From contig NW_008246088.1 of the NCBI RefSeq assembly GCF_000281045.1, forward strand, positions 371,685 to 435,684: a stretch of 64,000 bases of DNA, in the 5' to 3' direction. Made by a program: the position numbers and the translations under genes. The notes beneath the pieces are model-generated. The model had not been told where the DNA came from and ran no database searches. It saw only the letters and a program-made list of their open reading frames with translations. The stretch comes from Saprolegnia diclina VS20. Its lineage: Eukaryota. Shown one piece after another: positions 1-12,685 of the stretch (position 1 is the stretch's first letter; every line of letters starts with the position of its first letter).

Positions 1-671
1 GGCATTTGGTAACCTCATGGGCGATCGCATGAGCTACTTGTACGCCATCGTCCTCTGCCGGCGGAAGATCGTTGTGAGTTGGTCAATATCCGTACTCAAG
101 TGCTTATCCGGAATTCACAAAGCAAGATGGACCCGATGCTGGCGTCGGCGATCGGGGGCATGCCCCCCATGGCGCAGATCCCGCAGATGTCGAGCATGAT
201 CCGCGAGTACGCCAACAAGCTCAACAAGACCGCGGTCGAGGCCAAGGCCAAGGCGCTCAAGTCCTCGATCGCGCTCCCGGCGCTGGCCAAGAAGCCTGCT
301 CCGCGCCTCGCCCTCGAGCAGCAGCTCTTTCTCCTCCGTACGTTCTATTCTGGCATGCTTGGGCTGATGCAGCCTATCTTGTGGACAGATAACGCGCACG
401 AGAAGGCTCGGGTAGGCACCTGGGACGTCAGCCAAGCGGCCTTCCACGACGCCAACATCCGCATGGACAACGTCAACGAGTCGCTCACGTACTCGTCCGA
501 GAACATCCAAGTACAATCATCGTCGCATGGCTGCGCTCATGCATCGTGTGCTAGGAGGCGATCCACGTCATGAAGAACGTCAGCCGTCATTTTCGAGAGC
601 TTGGCTCCAACATGTCGGACGACTTGTGCTTTTACAAAACCTCGGACAAGGCAAGTGGCACCGAGGCGTAA
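1..671 (+). CDS. 3' part of a multi-exon protein of unknown function (starts upstream of window)
   Basis: Coding-like frames joined by short GT-AG introns (...RRKIV/VLIRNSQSKMDPML...EAIHVMKNVSRHF...SGTEA*), stop TAA 669-671. No motif recognised. Confidence 0.55.
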
Positions 672-986
672 AGACGGAACACGACAACCAAGCCGAGAGA
701 CCGAGTGTCTACATCCGTTGCGCTGCATGACCGTGCGCTACTAGTCCGGTACATGCGCCCATCGATAGAAGGCCCGGTTCGACTTGGTCGGTTGCCCGAC
801 CGTCCACACGTAGCCAGTCAACGCATCGCGAATTTCGTCACGGGCAGCACCATCCATGGCGCGAGGCGAGTACACGCGTAGGTACGCGATACCAGTGCGA
901 CGGAAGCATTCCATTAGGATAGGAGATGGACAGAGAGCAGTCGGTGTTTCTTATTCTTTTAAATATATAGGTAATAAATACAGCGC

Positions 987-1850
987 TTAGAGCACCTTGG
1001 CGCACACAAGGTCGAGACCGCTTTTGAGCGTCTGCGAGAACCAGCTGCAAAAGATGCACGCGTGGTCGTGCTCGTCGCACTGCATGTGCTCCAAGTGGTG
1101 GATCCGGGTCGTGAGCCACGGGTGCGACGTGTCGCCGAGGTAGTTGCCGTCCTCCGTGATCATGCGCGTGTCAAAATACGTACGTAGAAAGCAGTTGCGG
1201 ACGCGCGACCGCTCGAACGTCGAGAGACCACCGGACCGGAAGCGCTGGCCGAGCGACGCCGCGAGATGGTCGGCTTCGTGCTCCATGTCCCACGAGAGAT
1301 AGAGGCCACCAAACACGACGAGGCCAAAGCCGAGCACCGCGCCGAGGAGCTTGTTGGGCACCTTGGTCGCGAGCGCATAGCTGCCAAACATGGACGCCGG
1401 GATGAACGACGTCATCTTGAGCGAGTGGTTGTTGGCAATGTGGGCGCACTCGTGCGCAAGGATAAACTCGACCTCGTCGCGTGCGGGGTCGGCCTCGAGG
1501 TCTGTGATCGTGCTCTCGGCCGACGGCGCCTGGTGGAAGCCGCGGTAGATGGACTCGGAGATCCAAATGGCCGACTGTCCAAACACATCGGCACCCAGCG
1601 CGCCGCCACCTTCGCCGCCGGCCTGGTCGACCAGCACGCGGATGTGCTCGGGGTGGCGCACGCCGAGCTGCGTGGCGATCGACCGCGCCGTCTGAAGAAA
1701 CGTATCGGTCTCGTCGAGTTCCTTGGTGGATTCGGCGCCAATGGCCTTGCGGGCGAGGCGCGAGTGGGGCAGCGCGACCGGGAAGGTGGCCGAGAGGAAC
1801 ATGGTGGTGGCACAGCCGCAGAGGACGCGGCGCAGGTACAGCGATGACAT
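987..1850 (-). CDS. Peptidase M48/Oma1-like zinc metalloprotease
   Basis: FILAHECAH (HExxH), hydrophobic segment, EHEADHLA third-ligand motif, TSHP..TRI motif. ATG at 1850 (MSSLYLRR, possible mitochondrial presequence). Confidence 0.8.
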   Translation of the reverse strand: MSSLYLRRVLCGCATTMFLSATFPVALPHSRLARKAIGAESTKELDETDTFLQTARSIATQLGVRHPEHIRVLVDQAGGEGGGALGADVFGQSAIWISESIYRGFHQAPSAESTITDLEADPARDEVEFILAHECAHIANNHSLKMTSFIPASMFGSYALATKVPNKLLGAVLGFGLVVFGGLYLSWDMEHEADHLAASLGQRFRSGGLSTFERSRVRNCFLRTYFDTRMITEDGNYLGDTSHPWLTTRIHHLEHMQCDEHDHACIFCSWFSQTLKSGLDLVCAKVL

Positions 1851-2876
1851 ACGACCGCCAAGGAAAATGGAAAACTGAGATCCTGGTCCAGCTGAGATCG
1901 AAGCGACGCATCTCTTTGCGTCGAGTCGCATGATCTATGCGATTCATCTGTGAGCAAACACAAAGATCACGCGGGACATGCCTAATTAGGTCTCTATTTC
2001 GGATACATCCGATTTCAAAAGCGGACTGCAGGGCGTTGCTGTTGGACAGGACCAGAGGCTAAATGCACGCCACTTCAAGTTCGTTTGGGACGTCAACGAT
2101 TGCATGGAAGCGCGCAGCTTCAGGGTACCGGCAAGCCGCGGCTTTGTCCCGTAGAGGATGTACTCTCTCAGAGGCCAGTGTGGCTTGGATCCGCCCATAC
2201 TAGCTGATTCGAGGATGAAGAGTCGAAGATGACATGAAGAAGCGAGGATATTTCGAAGGCCCATCAAGCCATGGCGTTTTGTCATTTCGTGGAAGATGGA
2301 GCGTATATCCATGGAAGCGCCCAACAGGCCAATGATGTGGGCGTCAGGCCCATGCCATCAGCTTCCGCAATCATACTAGCGCGTCGTTGATTACACTTGC
2401 ATATTCGCAATCGACTGTTGTACCAATAGTCTGGGAAGGAGCTATGCATGGACCTTTGGTCAGCCGTTCGCACAAGCTTTTGGTCGGCCATTGCCACAAG
2501 AAGGATGCAACAAATACGGTCGGTCGACTGTTGCTCTGAACCCCGAGCCACTTGGTTCGTGGAGGCATTGCCAACCGCGAGGACCTTGCCCTTGAATGCT
2601 GCGAATCTCATCCCATGACATGATACATTAAAATAGCACCTACAAAAAAAAGGGTAATATTTTAAAACAAAAATAGGCTGACGTTTCACATTTTGACCTT
2701 ATTCAAGAGTCTACCTTGGCATTTGTATGCCCTGTTCATGTAGGACATATCCTAGTTAAAATAGAATTCGGAGGTGGTGGCAGTGCGACCTCTGAAATCC
2801 CATGTATAAATTGTGGGGAAGTTCTCCGTGAATTTAGGAGAAAGAATTCGGGACGCTCAACGGACGTTTGCCGCCC

Positions 2877-5800
2877 ATGTCCGCGCCGATGCATGGGGAC
2901 GCGGAAGGGGCCATGGACGCCGAGGTAGACATGTTCATGGAGCCGGTATCCGACAGAGGAAGCCTCTCGCATGTGGGCTCGGCCAGCTCGATCGGCTCGG
3001 CGGGACGAGGCAAGAAGGCCATACCCCGCCTGGACCTCCCGCGCGACGACGACGCGCTCCTCGATGACGGGGACGTCAACGCGGGCACGTATACGCGCGT
3101 CCATCTCCGCGTCCGCGCCGAGACGCGCCTTGGCGAAGAGCTGCATTGCTCTGGCGCATCGTACACGATGGGCCAGTACAACCCGAGCGAGAGCATTGAA
3201 CTAGTGACGACGCCCGAGGACTACCCGATTTGGCGGACGTCCAAGCCGCTCATTTTGCCGCGCGGGATCGCTCATAGGTATATGTACGCGCTCTTCCTCG
3301 GCGGCGCCTTCTCCAAGTGGGAGCAGATCGACCACGACCGCGTGATCGTGCCCGAGGGCCGCGAGATGACGATCGCCGAGGACTTTGGCACGTACGACCC
3401 CAACAGCGTGCTCCAGCGGACGTCGGAAATCCACAACCGGAGCATTGTGTACATGCGCAAGGTTCTCACGCACAGCGCCAAGCAAGCGCAGATCACGGGC
3501 AAGGTCGACGTCAAGGGCCTTGTTGCGTCGGCCATGCAGCGCTCGTCGTCCGTGCTGCGATTTCGCCAAGGTGGCACAAAGGAAAAGATGCAACCGCGCT
3601 TCAAGCGCCACGCGTCGTCGAACTACAAGCCGAACGAAGACGCGACGCTCTTCCTCATCTGCTACCACCTGCCGATCCATCTCCACAAGATTGACGGGAC
3701 GTGGCACGCCGAGTGGGACAAGGACAGCTTGATTGCTCGCTCGGAAGGCACGATTGCGCAGAGCATGAACGTCAAGTGGGTCGGCTGCGTCGCGATGGAG
3801 TACCAAGGGTCTCCGATGACGGACGATGACATTGCCGAGATCACGGAGCTCCTCACGGCCATGGACGCGCACGCGGTCTTTATCAGCCCCGAGGTCGCGG
3901 CCGACCACTACCAAGGGTACTGCAAGTCGAAGCTGTGGCCGATGTTCCACAACGTCGACATTCTCGACATTTACTCGTCGGTGTGGGACGACGGCGAGTA
4001 CACGAGCGGGAAGGAAGAGAAGAACAACGGGCGCTGGTGGGCAGCCTACAACAAGGTCAACCAGTGCATTGCGCAGGCCGTCGCGGACCTCTGCAAGCCC
4101 AAGGACATTCTCTGGGTGCACGACTACCACCTTTTACTGATGCCCAAGCTCGTCGTCGACTATTGCAAGGTCCAAGAGAAGCCGCGGCCACAGATTGTCT
4201 TCTTCCTGCACGTGCCCTTTCCTACGTCCGAGATCTTTCGCGAGCTCTCGAACGGCACGGCGCTGCTCGAAGGCGTCCTCGAAGTCGACGTTGTCGGCTT
4301 CCACACGTTTGACCACGCGCGCCACTTCCTCAATGCGTGCAAGCGCTTCCTCGGACTCACGTACCAGTCGCGCTGTGGCGTGAACCTCGGCGTCGACTAC
4401 AAGGGCCGGAACGTTGTCATCACGATCAGCCACGTGGGCATTGAGAAGGAGATCATCCGCCAAGCGCTCATGAACCCGGAGGTGCAAGCGGCGGCCGCCG
4501 CGCTGCGTGAGAAGCACAAGGGCAAGCAGCTCATTGCGGGCATTGACCCGTGCCAGCGTCTCAGCGGCATCCCGCTCAAGCTGCTCGCGTTTGAGCAGTT
4601 TTTCAGCATGTGCACCAACCTCAAGGAGAAGCTCGTGCTCGTTCAGCGCTGTCACTTTTCGACGGCGCGCCTTGGCGACGAAGAGTATTCGAGCCACGAG
4701 ATTCGCGAGCTCGTCCAGCGCATCAAGACGTCACACGGCGACGTCATTGACTATGAAGAAACCGAGCGGCCGCTCGGGCTCCACGACCGCGTCGCGCTCT
4801 GGCTGGCCTGCGACATTCTCATGGTGACGTCGATTCGCGGCGGTCTCAACTTGTACCCGCTCGAGTACGTCTTTGCGAAGGGCGCCTTGCCAGGCAGCAA
4901 AGCCGGCGTCGTGATTCTGAGCGAGTTTTCCGGCTGCTGCTGCGTCCTCAACGGCGGTTTGCGCGTGAACCCGTGGAACATTTCCGAGGTTGTCAACTCG
5001 CTGGACCGCGCGATCAACATGAGCGACGAGGAGCGCATGGGGCGGCGCGCGCGCGACTTGCCGTACATTACGAGCCAGCCGTCATCCAACTGGACGCGTC
5101 AAGTGCTCGCGATTTTGCAAGAGTGCAGCGAGGAAGACGACGACACGAGCAGCCTCGACTTTCAGAAACTGGACGTAACCAAGGTCCAGCACGCGTACAA
5201 GACGTCGCGGCGCCGCGTGTTTTTGCTGGATTACGGCGGCACGATCATTTCGCGCGAAAACATCTCGATGTACATGAAGAAGGACTTTACGGCGGTCACG
5301 GGCAAGATTCCGACGTCGCGCATGATGGCGTCGCTCCAAAAGCTGTGTGCGGACCCGAACAACACGGTTTTCATCATCTCGGGCGTGAGCCAAGTCAACT
5401 TGACCAACATCCTCGGGCACATTGACGGGCTCGGGCTCGCGGCCGACAATGGCGCACTCTTTTCGTGGGCGCGCTCGATTCGCTTTGGGACGGCGAAAGA
5501 AGGTACCGTTTTCACTTTGCAAGCAACGTATTGATGTTCCTTTGCTAGATACGCACTACCAGCCCAAGGACGCGACAGTCGACAGCAGCGACGAGGCGGA
5601 CAGCTCGTCGTCGCGGTCGTGGTTCCACCACCGTGTCGAGTTTGATTGGCAGCCGATCCGCGAGATTGTCGACCCGATTTTGCGCACGTACCTCTCGCGC
5701 ACGAATGGCAGCGTGATCCGGTACATGGACCAAGGCATTGCGTGGAACTTTCGGTCGACGGACCCCGAGTGGGGGCTCATCCAAGCCAACTCGCTTCAAA

Positions 5801-6222
5801 CGGACCTCGAAGAAGTCATCAAGGACCTGCCAATCACGATCGTGCGTAAGAAGGGCCTCCTCGAGATTGTCCCCGAGGGTCTCAACAAGGGCGTGGTCGC
5901 GCGCCATATTCTCTCGAGCGACGCGGAGCTGCACCGCGGCCACCCGGACTTTATCTTTTGCATTGGCGACGACACGACGGACGAGAGCATGTTCAAGTGC
6001 ATATACGAGTACTACGCCGAGCGGTCGGAAGAGAGCGTGCACGGCCAAGCGTCAATGCTACACGCCGCAAACGACGCCGATGACGGGCGCCTCCACATCA
6101 CCGGTTCGCTCCAGCACGTGTTTACGTGCACGGTCGGGAAGAAGCCGAGCAACGCGCATCTGTACATGAACAACGTGGACGACGTCGAGAACCTCTTGTA
6201 CTCGCTCGGGCACCCGGCATAA
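2877..6222 (+). CDS. CBM20 + trehalose-6-phosphate synthase (GT20) + trehalose-phosphatase (HAD) fusion protein
   Basis: CBM20-like N-terminus (GEELHCSG..MGQY..YPIW), LWPMFH, WVHDYHL, FLHVPFP, LSEF..VNPW, LLDYGGT, CIGDDTTDE. One intron 5503-5548. Confidence 0.92.
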
Positions 6223-6260
6223 GGTAGTCGTATGTGGATATATAATCGTATATAGTTTTC

Positions 6261-7991
6261 TTACGGCTGGATCTCGATGAGCATGAGCATGCCGGCGTCC
6301 GAGTGCCCGAGGATGTGGCAGTGCGCGGCGATGAGCCCCGTGAAGTCGACGGGCCGGAACCGGATCGTGACGTTGCCACCGAACGGCAAGGTGATGGTGT
6401 CGCGCCAGTCGCCAATCGAGTGGTCAAGCCCGTTGCCGTGCGACGCGCTCACAATCTGGAACGGGTTGGTGTGGATGTGGAACGGGTGGTTCTTCTCTTC
6501 AGACGAGAGCACGTTCTCGAGCGTCCACTCGTAGAGCTGCCCGAGCTTCATCTGGTAGCGCACGGTCGGGTCAAAGAGCATCCCGTTCATGTAGTACGTC
6601 TTGTACGTGGCGCCATCCCGCACCGCCGGTGGCCCCGACGAAAAGCTGACGTGGAAGCGCTCAATGGTTTCGTCCGACTCGGTGATACCGCGGAGATCCC
6701 GCAGCGTATTGCTCCGAGGCAACGTGAGTGCTGGCACGGACGCGGACGTTGCGCGGACGTCAAAGACACCAAGGACACCGTGGTAGACATCGGTGAGGCG
6801 GCCCATGTAAGCAGCGCTTTTGCTGTGCGGCGACGACACGAACGGAAAGAGACCCATTGGACGACCTACGCAGCATCATTGGTGGGGACAGCGTCAGAAG
6901 ATGACGGTACCGTGCAGGTGGCACTGCACTGTGAATGCGACGCGGGCGCCCGGCGAGACGATGATGAATTCGGGTTTGGTTTCAGCGGGCGGGAAGACAT
7001 CCTTTGCAAACACCTCGACGTCGCAGCCGGGCACGGACAGCTCCAGAATCTGCGTCGGACCGGCGTTGATGAGCCGAAAGAGCTTGCGCTCGCCGTCCAA
7101 AAGCGTCATGCGCGGGTGGTACTGGCCGTTGACTGTGTAGAACGACGGGTACGACGTCGCTGGGGCGCTAAAGCGCGGCTGGTAGTCGGGAAACGCGTCC
7201 GAGACGCGCTTGTGGCTCATGTTGGTGAGCTGCACGTCCATGGGCAGCGTGCTCTTGGAGACGTTGGCGGCGCCAATTAGGTTGCCAAGCATGCCGCCTT
7301 TGAAGCCGTACGCTTGCAGCACGAGGACGTTGTCGACCTCGTCGACGCTGTCTTGGATCGAGATGGCGCCGACCATGCCACCGCCCATTTGCAAAAACAC
7401 CGACCCGTGGTGGTGCGGGTGGTAGTGGTACACGCCGAGCGGGTGGTCGTTTGGGATCTTGACGATGACCTCCATCGACTCGCCCGGCTTGAGCGCCCGC
7501 AGGACGTTGTCGGCGACGCCCGACGGCGACACGTGCATGCCGTGAAAGTGAATGTTGGTCGTGTTCGGGTCCCGCAGCGTGTTCATGTGCAGTCCCTCGG
7601 ACGGTGCGTCCGCCTCGAGCTGGTTGATGAGAGTGATGCGCAGCGTGTCACCCGGCTTGGCGCAGAGCGTCGGACCCGGAAAGAGGCCATTGTAGCTGCG
7701 CGTTGTGAACGCGACCGGCCCGTTTGTAAAGCGCGTCGCTTGGACCGTGAGCGTGATCTCGAGCACACCATTGTGGCTCTTGTATACCGGCGGCGATGGC
7801 AGCGGCGGAAGGTCCCGCGCCAGCGCCAGGAGCGACGCCGAGGTAAAGTTCTGCACGACGGGCGTGTTGTAGGCCGCGAGGTCGAGGTGCGGATACAGGA
7901 CGTAGAGCGTGCCAACGCAGAGCGCAGAGAGGAGCGCGAGGAAGACGCGGAACGGGTCCTTGCGCTCGCTGATCTCGATGGCGCCGTACAT
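6261..7991 (-). CDS. Multicopper oxidase, three cupredoxin domains, N-terminal membrane anchor (copy 1)
   Basis: NIHFHG, YHYHPHHHG, HPFHIH, HCHILGHSDAGM copper motifs. Intron 6866-6910. Confidence 0.92.
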
Positions 7992-8648
7992 GGCAAAAGG
8001 CAAAGTGAAGCGTATCTTAGTCTTATTGCGAAATTCGAATCCCTGTCGAAGGCGCCTGGCTTCGCCTTTTTAGCCAATCGGCGCATTTGGCGGTTTCCAA
8101 TTGGCCGACGCGCGGCTTTTCGAGCGCGGGTGGTGCATGGAAGCGACAGCACCGACCACCTTGCCGCAAGCGCGTGATATGCAACGCATCTCAAACGGTG
8201 TGATCACTGGCTCGCGTCGCATGACTAATAGGTGCATTGCTAGTACACACAATATGTATAACAATACTTGGAATACTGCAAGGCGGGAGCGCCTTCGGTT
8301 GAAGCTGGCGCCAAGAGTAGCTGTGGCGCCAGCTTCAACGAGAAACGCAGCAATGTTGTTGATTCGGTTGAAAAGACTGCAGCCACGAATACATGTGGAT
8401 TGATGGCTCGCTGCTATCAGCTTTGGTGGCAGAGCAAGTCGCAGAGGCGATAGCCATCGCACCTAACACCAACGACGCACCTGTGTTGACGACAACTAAC
8501 TACTACATATAAGATAGTATCGGTACAACTTCTAGTAAATCGCACGACATTCGGTCAACTTCGTGGCATCGACTGCTCCAAGAGCACTCTGGGTTGCCCG
8601 TACAGTCAAATAAGAGCCGTGTTGGACGGTTAGATAATAAAAAGGGGA

Positions 8649-10361
8649 TTAGGGTTGGATCTCAACGAGGAGCGCCATGCCCACGTCGGCGTGGCCCAGA
8701 ATGTGGCAGTGGGCAGCGACAAGACCAGTGAAATCCATGGGCCGGAACCGGATCGTGACGTTGCCACCGTACGGTAGCGTGATCGTGTCGCGCCAGTCGC
8801 CGACCGAGTAGTCGAGGCCGTGGCCGTGTGTCATGGCCACAATCTGGAACGGGTTCGAGTGCAAGTGGAACGGATGGTTCTTCTCGTCCGGCGACAGCAC
8901 ATTCTCGAGCGTCCACTCGTGCAGGACGTTGAGCTTCATCTTGTAGCGGTGGTCCACCGAGAAGAGGCGGTCGTTCATGAAATATGACTTGTACATGGTG
9001 CCGTCCCGGAGCGTCGCGGGCCCTGACGAGAACGTAACGTGAAAGGTCTCAATGTGCTCGTCGTTGGACGTGATCGGCATGAGGTTCTTCCCGCGCTTGA
9101 CGTGCGGTGGTGTAAACGGCGAGACGCCGTTGCTCGCGTAGACTTCAAAGAGGCCGAGCACGCCGTGGTAGACATCGGTGAGGCGGCCCATGTACTCTTG
9201 GCTCTCGCTGTGCGGCATCGAGACGAACGGAAACACACCCGACTTGGCACCTACGTGCAATCTCAGAAAGTGCAATCTCAGAAAGTGCAAAATACCGTTC
9301 AAGTGGCACACGACGCTCAGCGCGACGCGCGCACCCGGTGTCAAAATGATGTAGTCGGGTGTCGAGATTGCGGGCGGAAACGCATCCTTGGCGTGCACCT
9401 CGACGTCACAGCCGGGCACCGAGAGCTCCAGAATCTGGGTCGGACCTGCGTTCATGACCTGGAAGAGCTTGCGCTCGCCGTCGCTGAGCGTCATGCGCGG
9501 CTGGTACTGGCCGTTGACGACGTAGAACGACGGATAGTCGCCGGGGACGCCACTGACGTGCGGCTGGTAGTCGGGGAAGACGGCTGCCATGCGCTCGGGG
9601 CTGCGGGCTGTGAGTGTAGCGTCCAGCGGCATGGTGCTGCGCGAGATCTGTGTCGCATTGACGAGGTTGGCGAGCATACCGCCGCGAAAAGCAAACGCTT
9701 GCAAGATCAGGAGCGTATCGACCTGGTCGACGGTCTCCTGCACCGAGATGGCGCCGACCATGCCGCCACCCATTTGCAAAAACGTCGATCCATGATGATG
9801 CGGGTGGTAGTGAAACACGCCGAGCGGGTGGTTCTCGGGGATCTTGACCACGAGCTCCATCGACTCGCCCGACTTGACGGTCCGAAGGACGTTGTCAGCG
9901 ATGCCCGACGGCGAGACGTGCATCCCGTGAAAGTGCAAATTGGTCGTGTTCGGGTCCCTGAACGTGTTCATGTGCAAATGCTCCGAGGGCAAGTCGGGCT
10001 CGAGCTGGTTGATGAGCGTGATGCGCAGAAGGTCACCGGGCTTGGCGCAGAGCGTCGGGCCCGGAAACATACCGTTGTAGCTGCGCGAGTTGAACGCAAT
10101 CGGGCCATCTTTGAAGCGAGTTGCCTCGACGCTCAGCGTCACCTCGAGCACGCCGTTGTGGCTCTTGTACGCCAGCGGCTGCTGCAAGGTCGGGAGCTCT
10201 CGCAGGAGCGACGCGAGGTGCGACGTCGAGTACTCGCGCACGGACGCAGGGCGGAACGAAGCCAAGTCTGTGGACGGCGATAGGACATAGACCGTGCCCA
10301 GGAAAAGGAGGCTCAGCGCAGTCGCGATCGCGCGGAAGCGCCATGGGCCATCGACGGTCAT
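8649..10361 (-). CDS. Multicopper oxidase (copy 2, tandem paralogue)
   Basis: NLHFHG, HYHPHHHG, HPFHLH, HCHILGHADVGM. Probable in-frame intron 9251-9295 at the same position as in copy 1. Confidence 0.92.
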   Translation of the reverse strand: MTVDGPWRFRAIATALSLLFLGTVYVLSPSTDLASFRPASVREYSTSHLASLLRELPTLQQPLAYKSHNGVLEVTLSVEATRFKDGPIAFNSRSYNGMFPGPTLCAKPGDLLRITLINQLEPDLPSEHLHMNTFRDPNTTNLHFHGMHVSPSGIADNVLRTVKSGESMELVVKIPENHPLGVFHYHPHHHGSTFLQMGGGMVGAISVQETVDQVDTLLILQAFAFRGGMLANLVNATQISRSTMPLDATLTARSPERMAAVFPDYQPHVSGVPGDYPSFYVVNGQYQPRMTLSDGERKLFQVMNAGPTQILELSVPGCDVEVHAKDAFPPAISTPDYIILTPGARVALSVVCHLNGILHFLRLHFLRLHVGAKSGVFPFVSMPHSESQEYMGRLTDVYHGVLGLFEVYASNGVSPFTPPHVKRGKNLMPITSNDEHIETFHVTFSSGPATLRDGTMYKSYFMNDRLFSVDHRYKMKLNVLHEWTLENVLSPDEKNHPFHLHSNPFQIVAMTHGHGLDYSVGDWRDTITLPYGGNVTIRFRPMDFTGLVAAHCHILGHADVGMALLVEIQP

Positions 10362-11192
10362 CGTGTATTAATGCCGAGGCTCCTGAGCATGGCGACGGCG
10401 TATAAAAAAGAGCCGACCGGAATCCGTCGAAATCCGCGTGGATTTTCGATGCACCAATCAGCAGTTGGTCAGCACGAAAAACGCAATATGATTGGGCGAT
10501 CGACTTTGCATGTTTTTGTCCACGGCTTGACTGGGCGCGTATTTTAGCGCGCGAACCGCGCGTCGTGGCGACTGGGATGGGTGCTGTGGGACTCGATCGC
10601 GTCGCTGCAGGCGCCCCCCGTCTAGATAACCTGTGCGCAGAATCTGGTGTCTGAGAATCCTAGAATCTGCCGACGCAAGGCAACGAAAGACACCATCGGT
10701 GGCGTGTCGGTGCATCGCGCCGCTGGACGCAAGCATTTCTTCTTGCATCGGTATCCTGACGTACCTCTGTGATGTTGCCTCTCGTGCGTGGGGTCGTTAT
10801 CACCTGGTTTGGACCAAGATAGCTCCCAACATGCTTCAGGAAATAACTTATTTTGTGGTAAAAAATGGATAGCTTGTCGTTTACGAAGGGCTAAAATACA
10901 GGCAACCCCGCTCGCTGCATAGACCGTAGTATCTCTAGAGCTACCGTGATTCGTACATGGGCTCTATGGGTTTGCGGGTTGGAATTTTACCCTTGGTTGA
11001 ACTTGAAGGCGCTGGCAGCAGCGCGATGGCTATCAGCTCTTATTGTCATATTAAAGAAAATCGCATGTCGATATGCATTCAACTATGCGGAATAAATTGA
11101 AGAGAAAAATATACCTGGGCCAATCATCGTTGCGAGCTACACTCTCGCGGACCAATCACCACCGCGTGGCTTCTTTGTAGCATCCTTCCTCG

Positions 11193-12112
11193 ATGGCGGA
11201 CGACAGCGCGTGCACCAACTCGTCTGCATACAAGTTTGGCGTCTTGGCCGCGGACGAGCTCCCAGCTCTGCGCGCCCACCTGCTGGCAACAGCAGCTACC
11301 ATCTCGCCGAGCCTCTTTGGCACGATCTTGCTCACGCAAGAGGGCCTCAACATCCGCCTGAGCGGTCCGACGCAGGCCGTGCATGCGATGCAAGCTGTCT
11401 TGAGTGCGCTGCACCCCAACATTGGACATATTGTCTTCAAGGATTCGCTGAGCGCGACGCCTACGCTGCGCAAGTTTCTCGTGCGCATCAAGAAGGAGGT
11501 CATCTCGATGGGCATGCCGAGCGTCAACCCGGCGCGGGACGGCCTCGCCACGCACATTTCGCCACTCGAGTTCAAGGCCTGGATGGACGAGAAGAAGGAC
11601 ATGGTCGTCCTCGACACACGGTACGCCGACAGATTATATACACTATTGTATTAGGTCGTAGGAACGACTACGAGGTGCGGCTTGGCACGTTCGATAATGC
11701 GATCGACCTCGACATCAAGAGCTTTCGCGCCTTTCCGGACGTGGCCAAAGCAAAGCTCGAGGCGGTGCCCAAGGAAAAGCCAGTCGTGATGTTTTGCACG
11801 GGCGGCGTGCGCTGCGAGAAGGCTTCGTATGCGCTGTTGGAGCACGGCCACACGAACGTCTACCAGCTCGACGGTGGCATCCTCAAGTACTTTGAAGACT
11901 GCGGCGGCGCGCACTACAACGGCGACTGCTACATCTACGACGACCGCGTCGCACTCACGCCGGCGCTCACCAAGGCGACCGACATTGCCATGTGCTTTGT
12001 GTGCCGGAGTCCGCTCACGGCCGCCGAGCAAGCGTCCTGTGACTTTACGCACGGCGTGAGCTGTCCGTACTGCGTCGGCGGCAAGCGCTCGGACTTTCGG
12101 TCGCAGCCATAA
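11193..12112 (+). CDS. Rhodanese-domain protein, TrhO/YceA (UPF0176)/TSTD2 family
   Basis: YKF, EGLN, RIKKEVISMG, LDTRNDYE..GTF, FCTGGVRCEKAS, YQLDGGILKY. Intron 11621-11661. Confidence 0.88.
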
Positions 12113-12685
12113 TGGTATTGCCACTTGATGCGACATCGCAGCGTGTTGCTTGGCTCATCCGCCATCTTCCAAGATGGCTGCGGATGCACCACTCTGTCTA
12201 CGGGTACTGTCCTGGCAAGCGTCGGTAGCACTTCGTAATGCCGGTGGTCACGCAGTGGTGCCACGCCGACCAGACAACGATGCCACCTACTTGTGCATTG
12301 ATTGCGCGTTCGTATGGCACGTCGCTGGCTACTGCTCGCCTCACATAGATGCTGCACAAGTAGCCGTTGCCGCTGTTACTAGCGACGACCTGCCCATCAG
12401 TGGTCTACGCAAGGCCATGGGTCGCGGTGCTCTGCGTAATGGCTTGGGCTCCTGCGCCGTCGGGCCTTGAGGTTGCAGCTGCGTTTCCGGCGAATGCCGG
12501 ATAATGCGTGCTCAACGCGGATTGGCCGCGCTGTCTCTGCCGCGATCGCTGATTGGGCCGTCTTTATATATGGAGAACGCCGGTTCGGCCACCACTTGGT
12601 TTTTGTATGGTCGGTGATTACTCACGCGAGGCGAAGGGTGTCTTAGTCATAACGCCGATTGTGACCTGCGGCGACGGGCCGACCG

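Noticed and set aside
1986..2700. Short ORFs between the peptidase and TPS genes (similarly 12150-12470, 26830-27030, 30088-30498, 39458-39727)
   Set aside because: Atypical codon usage and no recognisable motifs. They may be decayed sequence but cannot be called.
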